Shown piece by piece: positions 13,321-26,461 of a stretch of 64,000 bases of DNA. Both the position numbers and the translations under genes were made by a program. The DNA is taken from assembly GCF_963921235.1 (NCBI RefSeq), contig NC_086097.1, forward strand, positions 202,184,001-202,248,000, read 5' to 3'. The DNA comes from Mobula hypostoma. Its lineage: Eukaryota. The notes under the pieces are model-generated. The model was not told where the DNA came from, did no database searches, and was given only the letters and a program-made list of their open reading frames with translations. Each line of letters starts with the position of its first letter. Positions within the stretch are counted from its first letter, which is position 1.

Positions 13321-15238
13321 CAAGGAGCTGAGGGCAATACAGAGGTACCTGAAAGCCAGGATCAGGGAGGCTAAAGACGGGTACAGGAGGAAGCTTGAGT
13401 GGAAACTCTAGCAGAACAACATGAGGGAGGTCTGGAGTGGGATGAGGACCATCACTGGGTTCTGGCAAACTAGCAACAGAGGAGCTGAAGGCAGTGTGGA
13501 CAGGGCCAACGAACTTAACCTGTTCTTTAACAGATTTGACATTGTGGCCCCTGCCCATTCCCCACATGAGTCATCTGTTGTCGGTCCCCAACCAACACAT
13601 ATTCCACTCTCCCCTCCTACCCCTCCTCACAGTCCCCCACCCTGCTCTCATGACTATACCCCTTCCCTACACAAAACCACCACGGTGGGCTTCACAGTTG
13701 AACAGGTGAGAAGACAGCTGAAACGTCTCAACCCAAGCAAGGCTGCAGGACCGAATGGTGTCAGTACCAGGGTGCTCAAAGCCTGTGCCCCTCAGCTATG
13801 TGGAGTACTTCGCCATGTCTTCAACCTGAGCCTGAGGCTCCGGAGGGTTCCTGTGCTGTGGAAGACGTCCTGCCTCGTCCCTGTGCCGAAGACGCCAGGC
13901 CCCAGCAGCCTTAATGACTACAGACCGGTGGCATTGACCTCCCACATCATGAAGACCCTGGAGAGACTTGTTCTGGAGCTGCTCTGGCCTATGGTCAGGC
14001 CACACTTAGATCCCCTGCAATTCACCTACCAGCCCCAACTCGGAGTTGAGGATGCCATCATCTACCTGCTGAACCATGTCTATGCTCACCTGGACAAGCC
14101 AGCGAGCATTGTGAGGGTCATGTTTTTTGACTTCTCCAGTGCATTCAACACCATCCACCCTGCTCTGCTAGGGAAGAAGCTGACAGTGATGCAGGTGGAT
14201 GCTTTCCTGGTGTCATGGATTCTTGATTACCTGACTGGCAGACCACAGTACGTGTGCTTGCAACACTGTGTGTCCAGCAAAGTGATCAGCAGCACTGGGG
14301 CTCCACAGGGGACTGTCTTGTCTCCCTTTCTCTTCACCATTTACACCTCAGACTTCAACTTCACAGAGTCTTGTCATCTTCAGAAGTTTTCTGATGACTC
14401 TGCCATAGTTGGATGCATCAGCAAGGGAGATGAGGCTCAGTACAGGGCTACGGTAGGAAACTTTGTCACATGGTGTGAGCAGAATTATCTGCAGCTTAAT
14501 GTGAAAAAGACTAAGGAGCTGGTGGTAGACCTGAGGAGAGCTAAGGCACCGGTGACCCCTGTTTCCATCCAGGGGGTCAGTGTGGACATGGTGGAGGAAT
14601 ACAAATACCTGGGGATATGAATTGACAATAAACTGGACTGGTCAAAGAACACTGAGGCTGTCTATAAGAAGGGTCAGAGCTATCTCTATTTCCTGAGGAG
14701 ACTGAGGTCCTTTAACATCTATCGGACGATGCTGAGAATGTTCTATGCGTCTCTGGCGGCCAGTGTGATGTTTGCTGTTCTGTGCTGGGGCAGCAGGCTG
14801 AGGGTAGCAGACACCAACAGAATCAACAAACTTAGTCATAAGGCCAGTGATGTTGTGGGGATGGAACTGGACTCTCTGACAGTGGTGTCTGAAAAGAGAA
14901 TGCTGTCCAAATTGCATGCCATCTTGGACAATGTCTCCCATCCACTACATAATGTACTGGTTGGGCACAGGAGTACATTCAGCCAGAGACTCATTCCACA
15001 GAGATGCAACACAGAGCGTCATAGGAAGTCATTCCTGTCTGTGGCCATCAAACTTTACAACTCCTCCCTTGGAGGGTCAGACACCCTGAGCCAATAGGCT
15101 GGTCCTGGACTTATTTCCTGGCATAATTTACATATTACTATTTAATTATTTATGGTTTTATTACTATTTAATTATTTATGGTGCAATTGTAACGAAAACC
15201 AGTTTCCCCCGGGATCAATAAAGTATGACTATGACTAT
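13321..15238 (+). mobile_element. Rex1/Babar-clade LINE, 5'-truncated, relatively young
   Basis: RT motifs KAAGPNG, YRPVALTSHIMKTLERLV, FFDFSSAFNTI, GAPQGTVLSPFLF, KFSDD, YKYLG. ORFs 13421..14620 and 14729..15097 share one frame split by a TGA. Tail aataaag(tatgac)n. Confidence 0.93.
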
Positions 15239-16689
15239 CGGACAGAGCATTAAGACATGGAAAATCCACATACGATTAAAGTAGAAGCCGAAACATTATA
15301 AATGATCCTTTAAATAATTTAATTTCTTGTATTTAGAAATATTCGAGCGCTTGAAACATAAAACTAGTTTCTTAATGCTAGATAGTTGTTTAACCAGTAA
15401 TGATTTGATGTAATGTTAAAACTCACACCCATCACATGATAGTTTACAGTGGGACTAGTGACACGCGCAGGAATATAAATTTGAGTATTTTGGGGGATAG
15501 ATACAGTATGTCTCATTCGAACATAAGCTTAATAATTATTGGGTCTTTGTTCCAATATAAAGACTATTTCCCAGGTGGCTAAAATCACGTGGATGTCATT
15601 GATTTCCTGCGGTCATCGCGAGTCAGAGGCGGGGAAACGTTGAATCGCTGACAGAAATTCGGAAATTTTGTTGTAAACTATACCTTGTTGTCATGGAGCA
15701 ATAACCAGTAAATGTCAACAATGCTGACAACACTAAGACAGAATAAAATTGGTCACTAAATATGAAAATGTTACATACTTTGTGTTTACAAAATATTTTC
15801 TCGTCAGTTTAACATCGCTACTATTATTTGTAAACAGAACATCCATTGCTATCAATGGCGCGGGTGAACCAACAAAGTTGTCCCAAATTATCGAATTATT
15901 TTAACAACATTCCTTGAGACGTAGGAAATAACAAAAGATCCCAAGTGACTCCTGCAAATGAGTTTAATTCACCTTAGTGACCAACTAACCTTTCGAACTG
16001 GTCAACACTATGTTTAAGAAGACAGCTCTCATCAGATTGCTGGTCATATTTCAGAAGACTGTTTTGCCACTGGACAGGAAGCCATCGAGTCTGGTAAGAC
16101 CTCCCTCAGGTCGCTGTGGCTGGGAATTGGGCATAGGAGCTGCCAATTAAATCAGATTGCTGCCATCATCCCAGGGGTTGATTCTTGGCAGCTGCCCCAC
16201 ACTCCCCGTTGGACTGATGTCAATAAAACTAATTCAAAATACGTGCTGGATTGCTGGATTGCCTTAAGAGCTTCCTTTGAACTGTTATTTTGGGCAGATG
16301 CGTCAACTCTTCCCTATTTCTCTCAGATGCATTCTTCCTTTATTTTCCCGTCTTCCATTCTCACTTTCGTCTTTTCAGTTGCTTACATTTAGAAATTACC
16401 AACAACAATCTCTCTGTAATCACCGGGGCTGACTGCAGAAGGTCAGGGTTAATATTGTTGCCGATGACTAAAACGCTGCTCTATTTTCTGTTCTTTCGCA
16501 GCCCAAACTTATTCTCGTTAAACAATTCTGCATTTTGGTAGACTTTCGGCATTTTATCGAAAAAACTTTAACATATTTCCCAATGCTGAAATACTTTAGA
16601 ATAAACCCATTTTTGGGTGACTTGGAGAAAACGCTTTCTTGGAACACGAAGAAAACTACTTTATGTACGATTATGGAAGATTACTGTAA

Positions 16690-17100
16690 AGACCGGCGGA
16701 ACAGATAGTGCTGGAAATGGACAGTCTCCCTCTCCCCGGATCCATTCACCCTAGGGCAACCTCCTCAGGACCAGTGGTGCCTGTCTGAGCTGGCAGTGAT
16801 CCGGAGCTCCGATGTCCCGGGCTGCTGCCGCCGCTGCTGCTGCTGGCAGCCTCGCCGCGCGCTGCCTCGCACACACTCCAATGTATCCGCTCGCTTTCAG
16901 CCCGGGGAGCGCGTGCCGGCTGCAGGAGTCGGCGGCTCGCGGGTGCGGGATGCGCTGATTAACCAGCGCTCAACTACAGTAGGCGACGTAGGCACTCGGC
17001 TTCTCTGCTTCTTCCCTTCCCCTCTCTACACCGACGTGAAGAGGAAAATAACAAACATTTCAGCAAAAATCTTTGGAAACGAAATATTGAAGGGAAGAAT
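16690..17100 (+). promoter_or_regulatory. CpG island: probable promoter/5' UTR of a host gene
   Basis: Sharp local rise in GC and CpG (gctgccgccgctgc, cgccgcgcgc, cggcggctcgcgggtgcg) in otherwise CpG-poor DNA; 15.3-18 kb lacks recognisable TEs. Confidence 0.75.
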
Positions 17101-17147
17101 GTGTGAGAGCCCCCCATCCCTGCAGAGCTTTGCCGATTTTAAATTTG
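17099..17147 (+). CDS. Candidate first coding exon (MCESPPSLQSFADFKF, phase-1 end), gene unidentified
   Basis: ATG at 17099 with a purine at -3, at the edge of the CpG island; consensus donor G|GTAAGT at 17148. Confidence 0.5.
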
Positions 17148-19058
17148 GTAAGTGTGTAAGGCTTTTTAAAAAGAATGTATTTAAAAGCGGTATATGACCT
17201 TTAAAAACTATATATCTCAGGCACTTGTTCATATAAAATTATTTGATAAACGCATTACCTCACTAGTTACATTAAATGCGACTGGCTGTCCATTTTTAGA
17301 CGATGTAGAGCAACCTGACTCAAGCACTTCATTTTTTTTTCTATTTGAACCAAGCATTCAGCTGTTTTATTGCAGCACAAGCCCCAGGCTGGCTTTGCAG
17401 TCCACTGCAGCGGGAATTTAATGTCAATCCGGGTTTCTCTTCAGCCTGTTGCGGTGCAGATTTTAATCAAACGCGGTCAATGATGTAATGTTAGTGGAGA
17501 ATGCGCCTAGGCCAACTCTGTACACTGCACTACACAAGGAAACCAGAGAAGATGTCAAGGTATGCTGTAAACTGCTGAGATCAGCTCCCCAATGCTAAGA
17601 TTTTATTCCAGATGTGTTGTGATTAACTCAGTTGCTAGATTTGCCTAGTTAGACGGTGTTACAATCCACGTTAAACTCAGATACAATTGGGTATACTTGG
17701 AAATGTCGCCCGTGCAACATGCATGATTATGTATTTGTATTGTGAAAACATAAAGACAAATCGTGGTGTTCCGGGCTTTCCCGAAATAAATAGAAAGTTT
17801 TCCGAAGTATATGTCGATAGTGTCTGTATTTGAAATAACGCATTAAGTGTTGTTTGATAAAATCCACGGTTTCTCTGTTTAGGTATTTCAGTGGCAGTTG
17901 CTAAAATAAGTTAAACTTTAATTTTACTGTTTTGGCTCGAGACACGAATACATTTTAAGCTTTTTTCTTTTGAAAATCTCTTTTAGATTATCAGGGGTTC
18001 TCATCTAGTTTGGTATCTGAGTCTTCCAAAAAGTTTTAATTCCTGAGTATCTGGATTTATTGGATTGCAATATGAATTTGGAGTCAGTGCAGGGAACAGC
18101 CAGTTGGAGACCTTGGGTTGCCACAAGAGATTGCTGCAGAACTATGGTCCAAAGGTCTCAGAGGAATGTTTAGGTCTTTGTTTTATTCAAGGGTCATGGT
18201 TGTCCCTGACAATGCTGGCAGTAATTGCCCATCTCTAATTGCCCCTGAACTGAGGGAGTGGTTAAAAGTCAAATGGCATTAGTAAGTCTGGAGCCAGACA
18301 AGGTTTTCAGATTTTCTTTCCTGAAGGTCGTCAGTAATACAAAAGGGGTTAATATTAATCTGGCTGTTTCATGGTTACTGAAACTAGCTGTTTTGCGTTC
18401 ACCAGCAACTTTGATGTATGTTAGCTGTTTTAATTGTAGCTTTGATGACTTAAATTTGAGCTTCACATCTGACATGGCAGGAGTGACACTCGGCTTGCTG
18501 GATCAATGGACAGATGGGCTACTGTAGAGTAATTTTACTACAGTGCATCCATTTGTCCTACAAGTGGACCAACAATCCAAATATCGAGTTCAAATTCCAC
18601 CATGGCTTCTGTAGTATTTAATTTTCTGTAATAATCTGGAAGTTCAGAAAAACAATTTGTCATATAAATGATCAAAAATCATTGGATTTGTAACTCCAGG
18701 CACATCAATCTGCTGAAATCTTCATTATCTTAGAAAATGATCAAGCAAGCCACATAGTTCAAGGATAATAATGCTGTCCTGGCCAATGACACCTCAATCC
18801 CGAAAAATTGAAAGAAGTACTGCTCTATCCTAAGCGTGTGTTTATATGTTTTCTACATTATCATATTCTAGGGTCAAAAATTCCAAGTCTTTCTTAATTT
18901 TACTCTGATGAGACAATGCTATTCTGTGTTTAACTGGTGTTCAACCAGAAGTTTTAATGATGTCAATAATATGTCAAATTCGTTTAAGTCATTGCAAACA
19001 TCTAGGTATATGTAACATGCTTTCATGATTTTTTCAAGGCATGTAATTACTTACATTA

Positions 19059-20020
19059 CAACGCACACAAAATGCTGAAAGGTAGGTCAGGCAGCACCTA
19101 TGGAAATGAATAAACAGTCAGCGTTTTGAGCCATGACCCTTTCTCAGTACTGCAAAGGAAGGGGGAAGGTGCTGGAATAAGGAGGTGAGGGAAGAGGAAG
19201 AAGTGCAAGTTCGAAGGTGATTAGTGAAGCCAGGTGGGTGGGGGAGGAGGAAATGAAGTACGAAGCTAGGAGGTGAGAGGTGGGAAGGGTACGGGTCTGG
19301 AGAAGGAGTCTCATAGGAAAGGGGGAATGGACCGTGGGAGAAAGGAAAGGAGAAGGGGCACCGGGGGGAGAAGATGGGCAGGAGAGGAGAAGAAGGTGGG
19401 GGTCGGTGGAAAGAATTACTGGAAGTGGGAAAAATCAATATTCATTCCTTCAGGTTGGAGGCTACCTAGGTGGAATATAAGGTATTGCTTCTCCAGTGGG
19501 AGAGTGGCTTTACTATGCCAGAAGAGAAGGTTATGGATCAACATGTCGGAATGGGATTGGGGATTGCAATTGAAGTAGCTGGGCCCTGGGAAATCCTGCT
19601 GATTGCAGATAGAGTGAAGGTGCTTGACGAAGCTTTCCCTCAATCTATGTTGGAGCTCACCAATGAAGAGGAGACCAGAAGCACCGTTTACATGAGAGGA
19701 CGCAAACAGATTTGCAGGTGAATTGTTGCCTCAACCAGAAGGACTGTTTGGGGCCCTGAATGGAGGTGCGAGAGGAAGTGAATGGGCAGGGGTAGCACTT
19801 CCACTTGCAGGGAGAGTGCTCCCTGTGGAAAGTGGGCAACTGGGGGGAGGTAAAGATGTGTTTGGTGGTAGGGTACAGTTAAAGATGGCAGAATTGTGGA
19901 GGATAATTTGTTGGATGCGGAGGCTCATGAGATGGTGGGTGAGGACAGGAGTAACTCTATCCCTGTCGGGGCAGCGGGAAGATGGAGTGATCACGGATAA
20001 CGGTGGGAAAATGGGGTAAG
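19059..20020 (-). mobile_element. Penelope-like element 3' portion (GIY-YIG remnant + tail)
   Basis: ORF 19416..19643 ends ...EKQYLIFHLGSLQPEGMNIDFS; CYPCPFTS (Cys region); degenerate hammerhead at 19115-19152. Confidence 0.8.
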
Positions 20021-20029
20021 GTGGTCAGA

Positions 20030-20640
20030 AGAAGGATTTCCCGGTGACCAACTATTTCAATTCAACACCCCATTCCCATTCCAGCATGTTGGTCCATAGC
20101 CTCTTCTTCTGCCACGATGAGGCCATTCTCAGGTTGGAGCAGCAACACGTCATATTCTGTCTTGTAGCCTCCGACCTGATGGCATGAACATTGATTCCTC
20201 CACTTTCCGGTAATTCTTTTCCCCTCACCCTTCCCTCTTCAATTCCCTGCTCTGGTCCCTCCTTACTTCTCCTCACCTGCCTATCATCTCCACCTGCCAA
20301 CCCTCCTTCTTCCCTTTGTCCAATGGTCCACCCTCCTTTCCAATCAGATTCCTTCTTCTCCAGCCTTTTCCTTTTCCACCTATCACCTCCCAGCTTTTTA
20401 CTTCATCACCCCACTCCCATCCATCTGGCTTCACCTATCACGTTCTAGCCTGTACTCCTTCTACTCCCCCCTACCTTATTCTGGAGTCTTCCCCCTTCAA
20501 TTCCAGTCGTGATGAAGGGTCTCAGCTCAAAATGTTGACTGTTTATTTACTTCCATAGAAGACTGACTGACCTACTGAATTCTGCCTGCCAGCAATTTGT
20601 GTGTGTTGCTCTGGATTTCCAGCATTTGCAGACTCTCTTG
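20030..20640 (+). mobile_element. Penelope-like element 3' portion, inverted relative to its neighbour
   Basis: LEQQHVIFCL...PDGMNID remnant; degenerate hammerhead at 20504-20541; tail tgtgtgttgctctggatttccagcat. Confidence 0.8.
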
Positions 20641-21496
20641 TGGTTACTTTCATAGATATTCATTGCAAATTTTTTGCTGTTCAAGTGAAATAATTACAAT
20701 AAATTTACATCAGTAAGTATCACATATAGTATAAAATATTTTTCTACATTTAGCCAATTTTTCTTTCAATAGCTTATTTTCTAAATAATTCTTATTTCAA
20801 TATTTGATTCTCAAATTCTGTAATCCTGTTTCAGCATGTTCAAGGACTGGAATCTGAGTAGTTTAATAAGACCAGGCATAAAAGTAATCGAACTTGAATA
20901 GTACCTTCTACAGTGCTTTAATAGTTGTTTCTGATTTACTAAAATCTGTTGCATTTATAAACTGCCTATTTGAAGACACTTATTAAGTGAAGTAACTTTT
21001 CTGTGAACTTAAAAAAAGATTTATTGCCCCTGCTGGACCTTTTTATTGTTCTTGTGGTCGGATGTATCCTTGTAGTAAAATTGAGCTTCAAGAAACATGT
21101 ATTGTGAATCCTGAGGTGAATAGTGAATGCAGTATATTATTTCTTCTGGTGGGTAGCACTTGTATCCTTTCATATTTTGTTGAATGTTAAGGTGTAGTTG
21201 GCAAAAAAATATGAGATTGATTGGGGTCTCAACTAAAATGGTACTGTAAAGCAGTTTTGATAAATTGAGTGTTAGCTACTTTTAAGAGTACTGTATAAGT
21301 TATTGTATATTATAACTTTGATATAACACATCTTCTAAATTGTGGAATTGATATGTTTTTATTGAATATCTTTACATTAATAGCCATAATAATGGACCTT
21401 TCCAAATGTGACCTTTATTTGTCAGGTAAATGTTACTTTTTGGAGTTCTGACTTTGTTTATGGATGCTGGTAAACTTTGTAGTCCATCATGATCTT

Positions 21497-24400
21497 AAGA
21501 CCATAAGACCTAGGAGCAGAATTAGGCCATTCAACCCATCGTCTGCTCCGCCATACCATCATAGCTGATTTATTATCCCTTTCAACCCCATTCTCCTGCC
21601 TTCTCCATGTAACCTTTCACAGCTTGATTAATCAATAACCTATCAACCTCTGCCTTAAATATACCTAACTGACTTGGCAAAGAATTCCACAGATTCACAG
21701 TGCTTTGCCTAAAGAAATGTTTCCTCATTTCTGTTCTAAATGGATGTCCCTCAATTCTGAGGCTATGCCCTCTGGTCCTAGGTTTCCCCCACTATAGAAA
21801 ACATCCTCTCCATATCTGCTCTATCCAGATCTTTCGATATTCAATAGATTTCAGTGAGGTCCCCCCTCATTCATCTAAACTCCAGTGAGAACAGGCCGAG
21901 AGCCACTAAACCTCCTCATGTGTTAACCTGGGGATCATTCTCATGAACCTCCTTTGAACTCACTCCAATGCCAACACATCTTTACTTAGATAAGGGGCCC
22001 AAAACTGTTCACAATAATCTAAGTGTAGTCTGACCAATGCCTGACAAAGCCTCAGCATTACATTCTTGCTTTTCTATTTTAGTTCTCTCGAAATGAATGC
22101 TAACATTACATTTGCCTTCCTTACCACCGACTCAACCTGCAAGTTAACCTTCAGGGAATCCTGCACAAGGACTTTCAAGACCCTCTGCACCTCTGATTTT
22201 TGAATTTTCGCTTTATTTACAAAATAGTGCATACCATTATTCTTTCTGCCACTACATTATATTCCATCACCCACTTCTTTGCCCATTCCTCTAATTGATC
22301 TGAGTCCTTCTGCAGGCACCTTGCTTCCTTAACACTGCCTGCCCTTCCACCTATCTTTGTATCATCCGCAAACTTGGCCACAAAACCATCAATTCCTTCA
22401 TCCAAATCATTGACGTACAACATGAAAAGAAGCGGTCCCAACACCGACCCCTGCAGGACATGATTAGTCACTGACAGCCAACCAGAAAAGGTCCCCATTA
22501 TTCTCATTCTTTGTCTCTTGCCAGTCAGCCAGACTTCTATCCAGTCAGCCAGACTTCTATCCAGTATAGTACCTTTCCCATAATACCATGGGCTGTTATT
22601 TTACTAAGCAGCCTCATGTGTGGCACCTTGTCAAAGGCCTTCAGAAAATACAAATAAACAACATCCACTGACTCACTTTTGTCTTTCCTGCCTTTTATTT
22701 CCTCAAAGAATTCCAACAGATTTGTCTGCAGAAAACCATGCTGACTTTCACCTATTTTATTATGTGCTCCAAGTACTCTGAAACCTCATCCTTAATAATA
22801 GACCCCAACATCTTTCCAGCCGCTGAAGTTAGCTTAACTGGCCTATTATTTCCTTTCATCTGCATTCCTCCCTTCTGAAAGAGTGGAGCGACATTTGAAA
22901 TTTTCCAATCCTCCGGGATCGTCCCAGAACCTAGTGATTCTTGAAAGATTATTACTAATGCCTCCTCAATGTCTTCAGTTACCTCCTTCAGAATTCTGGG
23001 GTGTAGTCCATCTGGTTCAGGTGACTTATCTACCTTTAGACTTTTCAGCTTTCCAAGTAATAGCAAATATACTCACGTCGACCCCCTAACCCTCTAATAT
23101 TTCTGGCATTCTGCAATTGTCTTTCACAGTGAAGCCTGACACAAAATACTTATTAAGGTTGTCCACTGTTACTACCGCTCCAGCGCCATTTTCCAGTCTG
23201 ATATCCACTCTCATCTCTTTTACTCTTCATATATCTGAAAAAAATCTTTTTACATCTCTTTTATATTATTGGCTAGTTTACCTTCATATTTTATCTTTTC
23301 ACTCTTTATGGCTTTTTAGTTGCCTTGCGTTTATTTTTAAAAGCTTCCCAATTTTCCACTAATTTTTGCTATATTATATGCCCTTTTGCTTTTATGCTAT
23401 CTTTGACTTCCCTTGTCAGCGACAGCTGCCTCATCCTGCCTTTAGAATACTTCTTTATCTGTGGGAGATATCTTGTCTGCACCTTTTCAATTTCCCCCAG
23501 ATACACCAGCCACTGCTGTTCTGCCATCATCCCTGCTAGTGTCCCCTTTCAATCAACTTTGGCCAGCTCCACTCTCATGCCTCTATAATACCGATACATT
23601 CAATTTTAGCTTCTCCTCTCAAACTGCAAGGTTAGTTCTGTCATATTATGATCACTACCTCTTATGGGTTTCTTTACCTTAAGCTTCCTAATCAAATCTG
23701 GGTCATTACATACCACCCAATCCAGAATTGCCATTCCCCTCGTGGGCTCAACCGTGAGCTGCTCTAAAAAGCCATCTTATAGGCATTCTACAAATTCCAT
23801 CTCTTGGAATCCAGTACTAACCAGATTTTCCCAATGTACCTGTATATTCAAATCCCCCATTTCCCTTTTTACGTGCCTTTTCTATCTCTTGTTGTAATTT
23901 GTAACCCACACCCTGGCTACTGTTTGGAAGCCTCCCATCAGGGTCTTTTTACCCTTGCAATTTCTTAACTCTACCCACAAAGATTCCATGTCTTCCGACC
24001 CTATGTCACCTCTTTCTAAGGATTTGATTTCATTTTTACTGACAGAACCTCACCACACTTTCTCCCTAACTGTCTTTCCTTTCAATGTAAGATGTATTCT
24101 TGGATGTTAAGCTCCCAGTTATGATCTTTCAGCCATGACTTTATGATGTCCACAAAGTTGTACCTGCTCATCTTTAGCTGCTCCACAAGATCATCTGCCT
24201 TATTCTGTATACAGTATTGTGTGTATTCAAATATACCACCTTCACTCCTGTATTCATCACCCTTTTTGATTTTGGACTCCTTTTGTAATTTAACTCATCC
24301 TACTGACTGCAATTTTGCCCTATCATTTGCCAGTCCTTCCTCACGTTCTCACTGCACACCTCATCTACTTATATACCAACTGCCTAATCTCAGCCCTGTT

Positions 24401-25320
24401 ATTCCGATTCCCATCTCCCTGCCAAATTAGATTATACACTCCACAACCACTCTGGCAAACCTTCCCGCGAGGATATTGGTCCCCTCGGGTTCATGTGTAA
24501 ACCATCCTTTTTATACAAGTCATATCTTCTTCAGAAGAGATCCCAATGATTCATAATGATTCATGCATTCATCTACCAAATCATCCTATTCTTACCCTCA
24601 TTGGCATGTGGCACAGGCAGAGATCCAGAGATTACTACCCTGGAGGTCTTGCTTTTTAGTTTTCTACCTAACTCCCTATATTCTTTCTTCAGGACCTCCT
24701 CCTTTTTCCTACCTCTGTTGTTAGTACCAATATGTACCTCGACTTCTGTCTGTTTACCCTCCCCCTTTAGAATACCATGGATCCGATGTGTGGCATTGCT
24801 GATCATGACACCCGAGGGGCAATATAATGTCCAGGTGTCTCTTTCACATCCACAGAATCTGCTTTCTGCTCCTCTAATGATGGAATCCCCTATTATTACT
24901 GCACTCCTCTTCTTCTTCCACTTTCTCTTCTGAGCCATGGAGCCAGATTCAGTGCCACAGACCTGGTCGCTGTGGCTTCCTCCTGGTAGATCATTCACCA
25001 CCAACAGCGTCCAAAGAAGTATACCTATTATTGAGGTGAAAGTCCACAGGGGTACTCTGCACTGACTGCCTATTCCCTTTCCCTCTCCTAACAGTCACCA
25101 GGGATCTGCTTCCTGCAACTTAGGGGGGTGACTACCTCATGTGGCTGCTATCTGTCACCTCCTCATTCTCCCATATGAGCCAAAAGTCATCAAGCTACAA
25201 CTCCAATTTCTTATCATGGTCTCTAAGAAACTGCAGGTCCATGCACTTCATGCAGATGTAGTAATAAGGGAGACTAGAGGTCTCCCAAATTTCCCACGTC
25301 TCCCACAAGGCATATTCCAC
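21497..25320 (-). mobile_element. Near full-length degraded CR1 LINE (ORF1 esterase + ORF2 EN/RT)
   Basis: ORF1 AVIIGDSIIRG...VHIGTNN...VVISG (SGNH/GDSL-like, 24573..25004); ORF2 pieces [30 protein letters not shown]; tail at ~21497. Confidence 0.92.
22521..22565. repeat. 20-bp tandem duplication inside CR1
   Basis: ccagtcagccagacttctat x2 plus ccagt. Confidence 0.9.
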
Positions 25321-25640
25321 TCCGGATCCATTCTCAGCACACTATCTATGTACTAACAGAAAAAAAAATGACTAGAAATTTTTTTATTTACTTATTTAGA
25401 ACCTTTGCCTGTGCTTGCCCAAACCTGTTGAACCAAAGCTGGACCACTCGATCAATACCCGACTCCACCAATGGCCGCTGCACTTACACCTCATTTCTTT
25501 TTGTTGGCCCCACGCTGATTGCCGCCTGCAACGAAAAGCGAAAAGCAACCAAGTTCTATTTAAGTCTCAAGCTAATCTCTCGTGCCGATTGCCATGCATC
25601 AAGAAAAAAATTGCAAGTTGTCATTGTCATTATTCTTCTA

Positions 25641-26461
25641 CAGTGGATTCCGGTTAATTGGGTCATTGGTTAATCAGGGCTGCCAATTTGGGACAACTCA
25701 AAGAACAAAATCTAATTGCGATTATAGCCGGGATTCCCTTCGTTTATTTGGAACACTATGCCACTTAATCGGGACAGGAGACTGTTGCCAAATGGTTTCT
25801 AACTAATGTCAGTTGCATTCACTTGTGTGGCCAGTAGACAGTACACCGTGCTTAGAGCAAACAGTTTTTAAATAGCATCAGTTGCATGTGTTTGTTTTCA
25901 ACAAGCAGTGATTTTTGTCTCTGATAGTTGGTGAGAAGTAAGCAGTAAAACAATTCAAAACTGTTTTGCTCACTGAGGTTTCAAGCATTCAGGCTTGGAG
26001 ATGCAAGAAACAGCCGGGAGTGAAAATGAAACGACTTCACTACTGCAGCAATTTAGGATCTAGGAAGAAATTAAAGGTATCAACAATCATCTTAAATGTT
26101 ACAATGAAAATGAAGATTTGGAGGATGCACTCCTCAAAACATTGGATGAAGACAGTCCTTTATCTGCATTAGGTGTCTGTTGATTTTGTTCATTTGTCAG
26201 TCAAACAAAAGAACGTGACGACATACTCTGGACACTGTTGATAACAATTAGGATCTAGCACATAGTTTTGTAGTAGCGTAGTAGTATTTGTAATGTTCCA
26301 ATGGCTCTGTATTTCATTTAAATGTGTTACTCAGTTAAAATTAGTTTGTCGTTTTTATACCTTTTTGACTATTTCCATGAAATTTTGGCTATTTAGGGCA
26401 GCTGTTTAATTGGGCTAAAATATACTGTACCCAATGCATCCCAGTTAACCAGAACCCACTG
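25641..26461. mobile_element. Non-autonomous Tc1/mariner-superfamily (pogo/Tigger-type) DNA transposon
   Basis: TA|cagtggattccggttaattggg ... cccagttaaccagaacccactg|CA: imperfect ~22-bp TIRs; TA on the left, CA on the right. Confidence 0.75.

Noticed and set aside
16796..17197. 133-aa ORF across the CpG island
   Set aside because: It starts at GTG and is open mainly because GC-rich DNA lacks stops; only 17099-17147 has exon-like signals.
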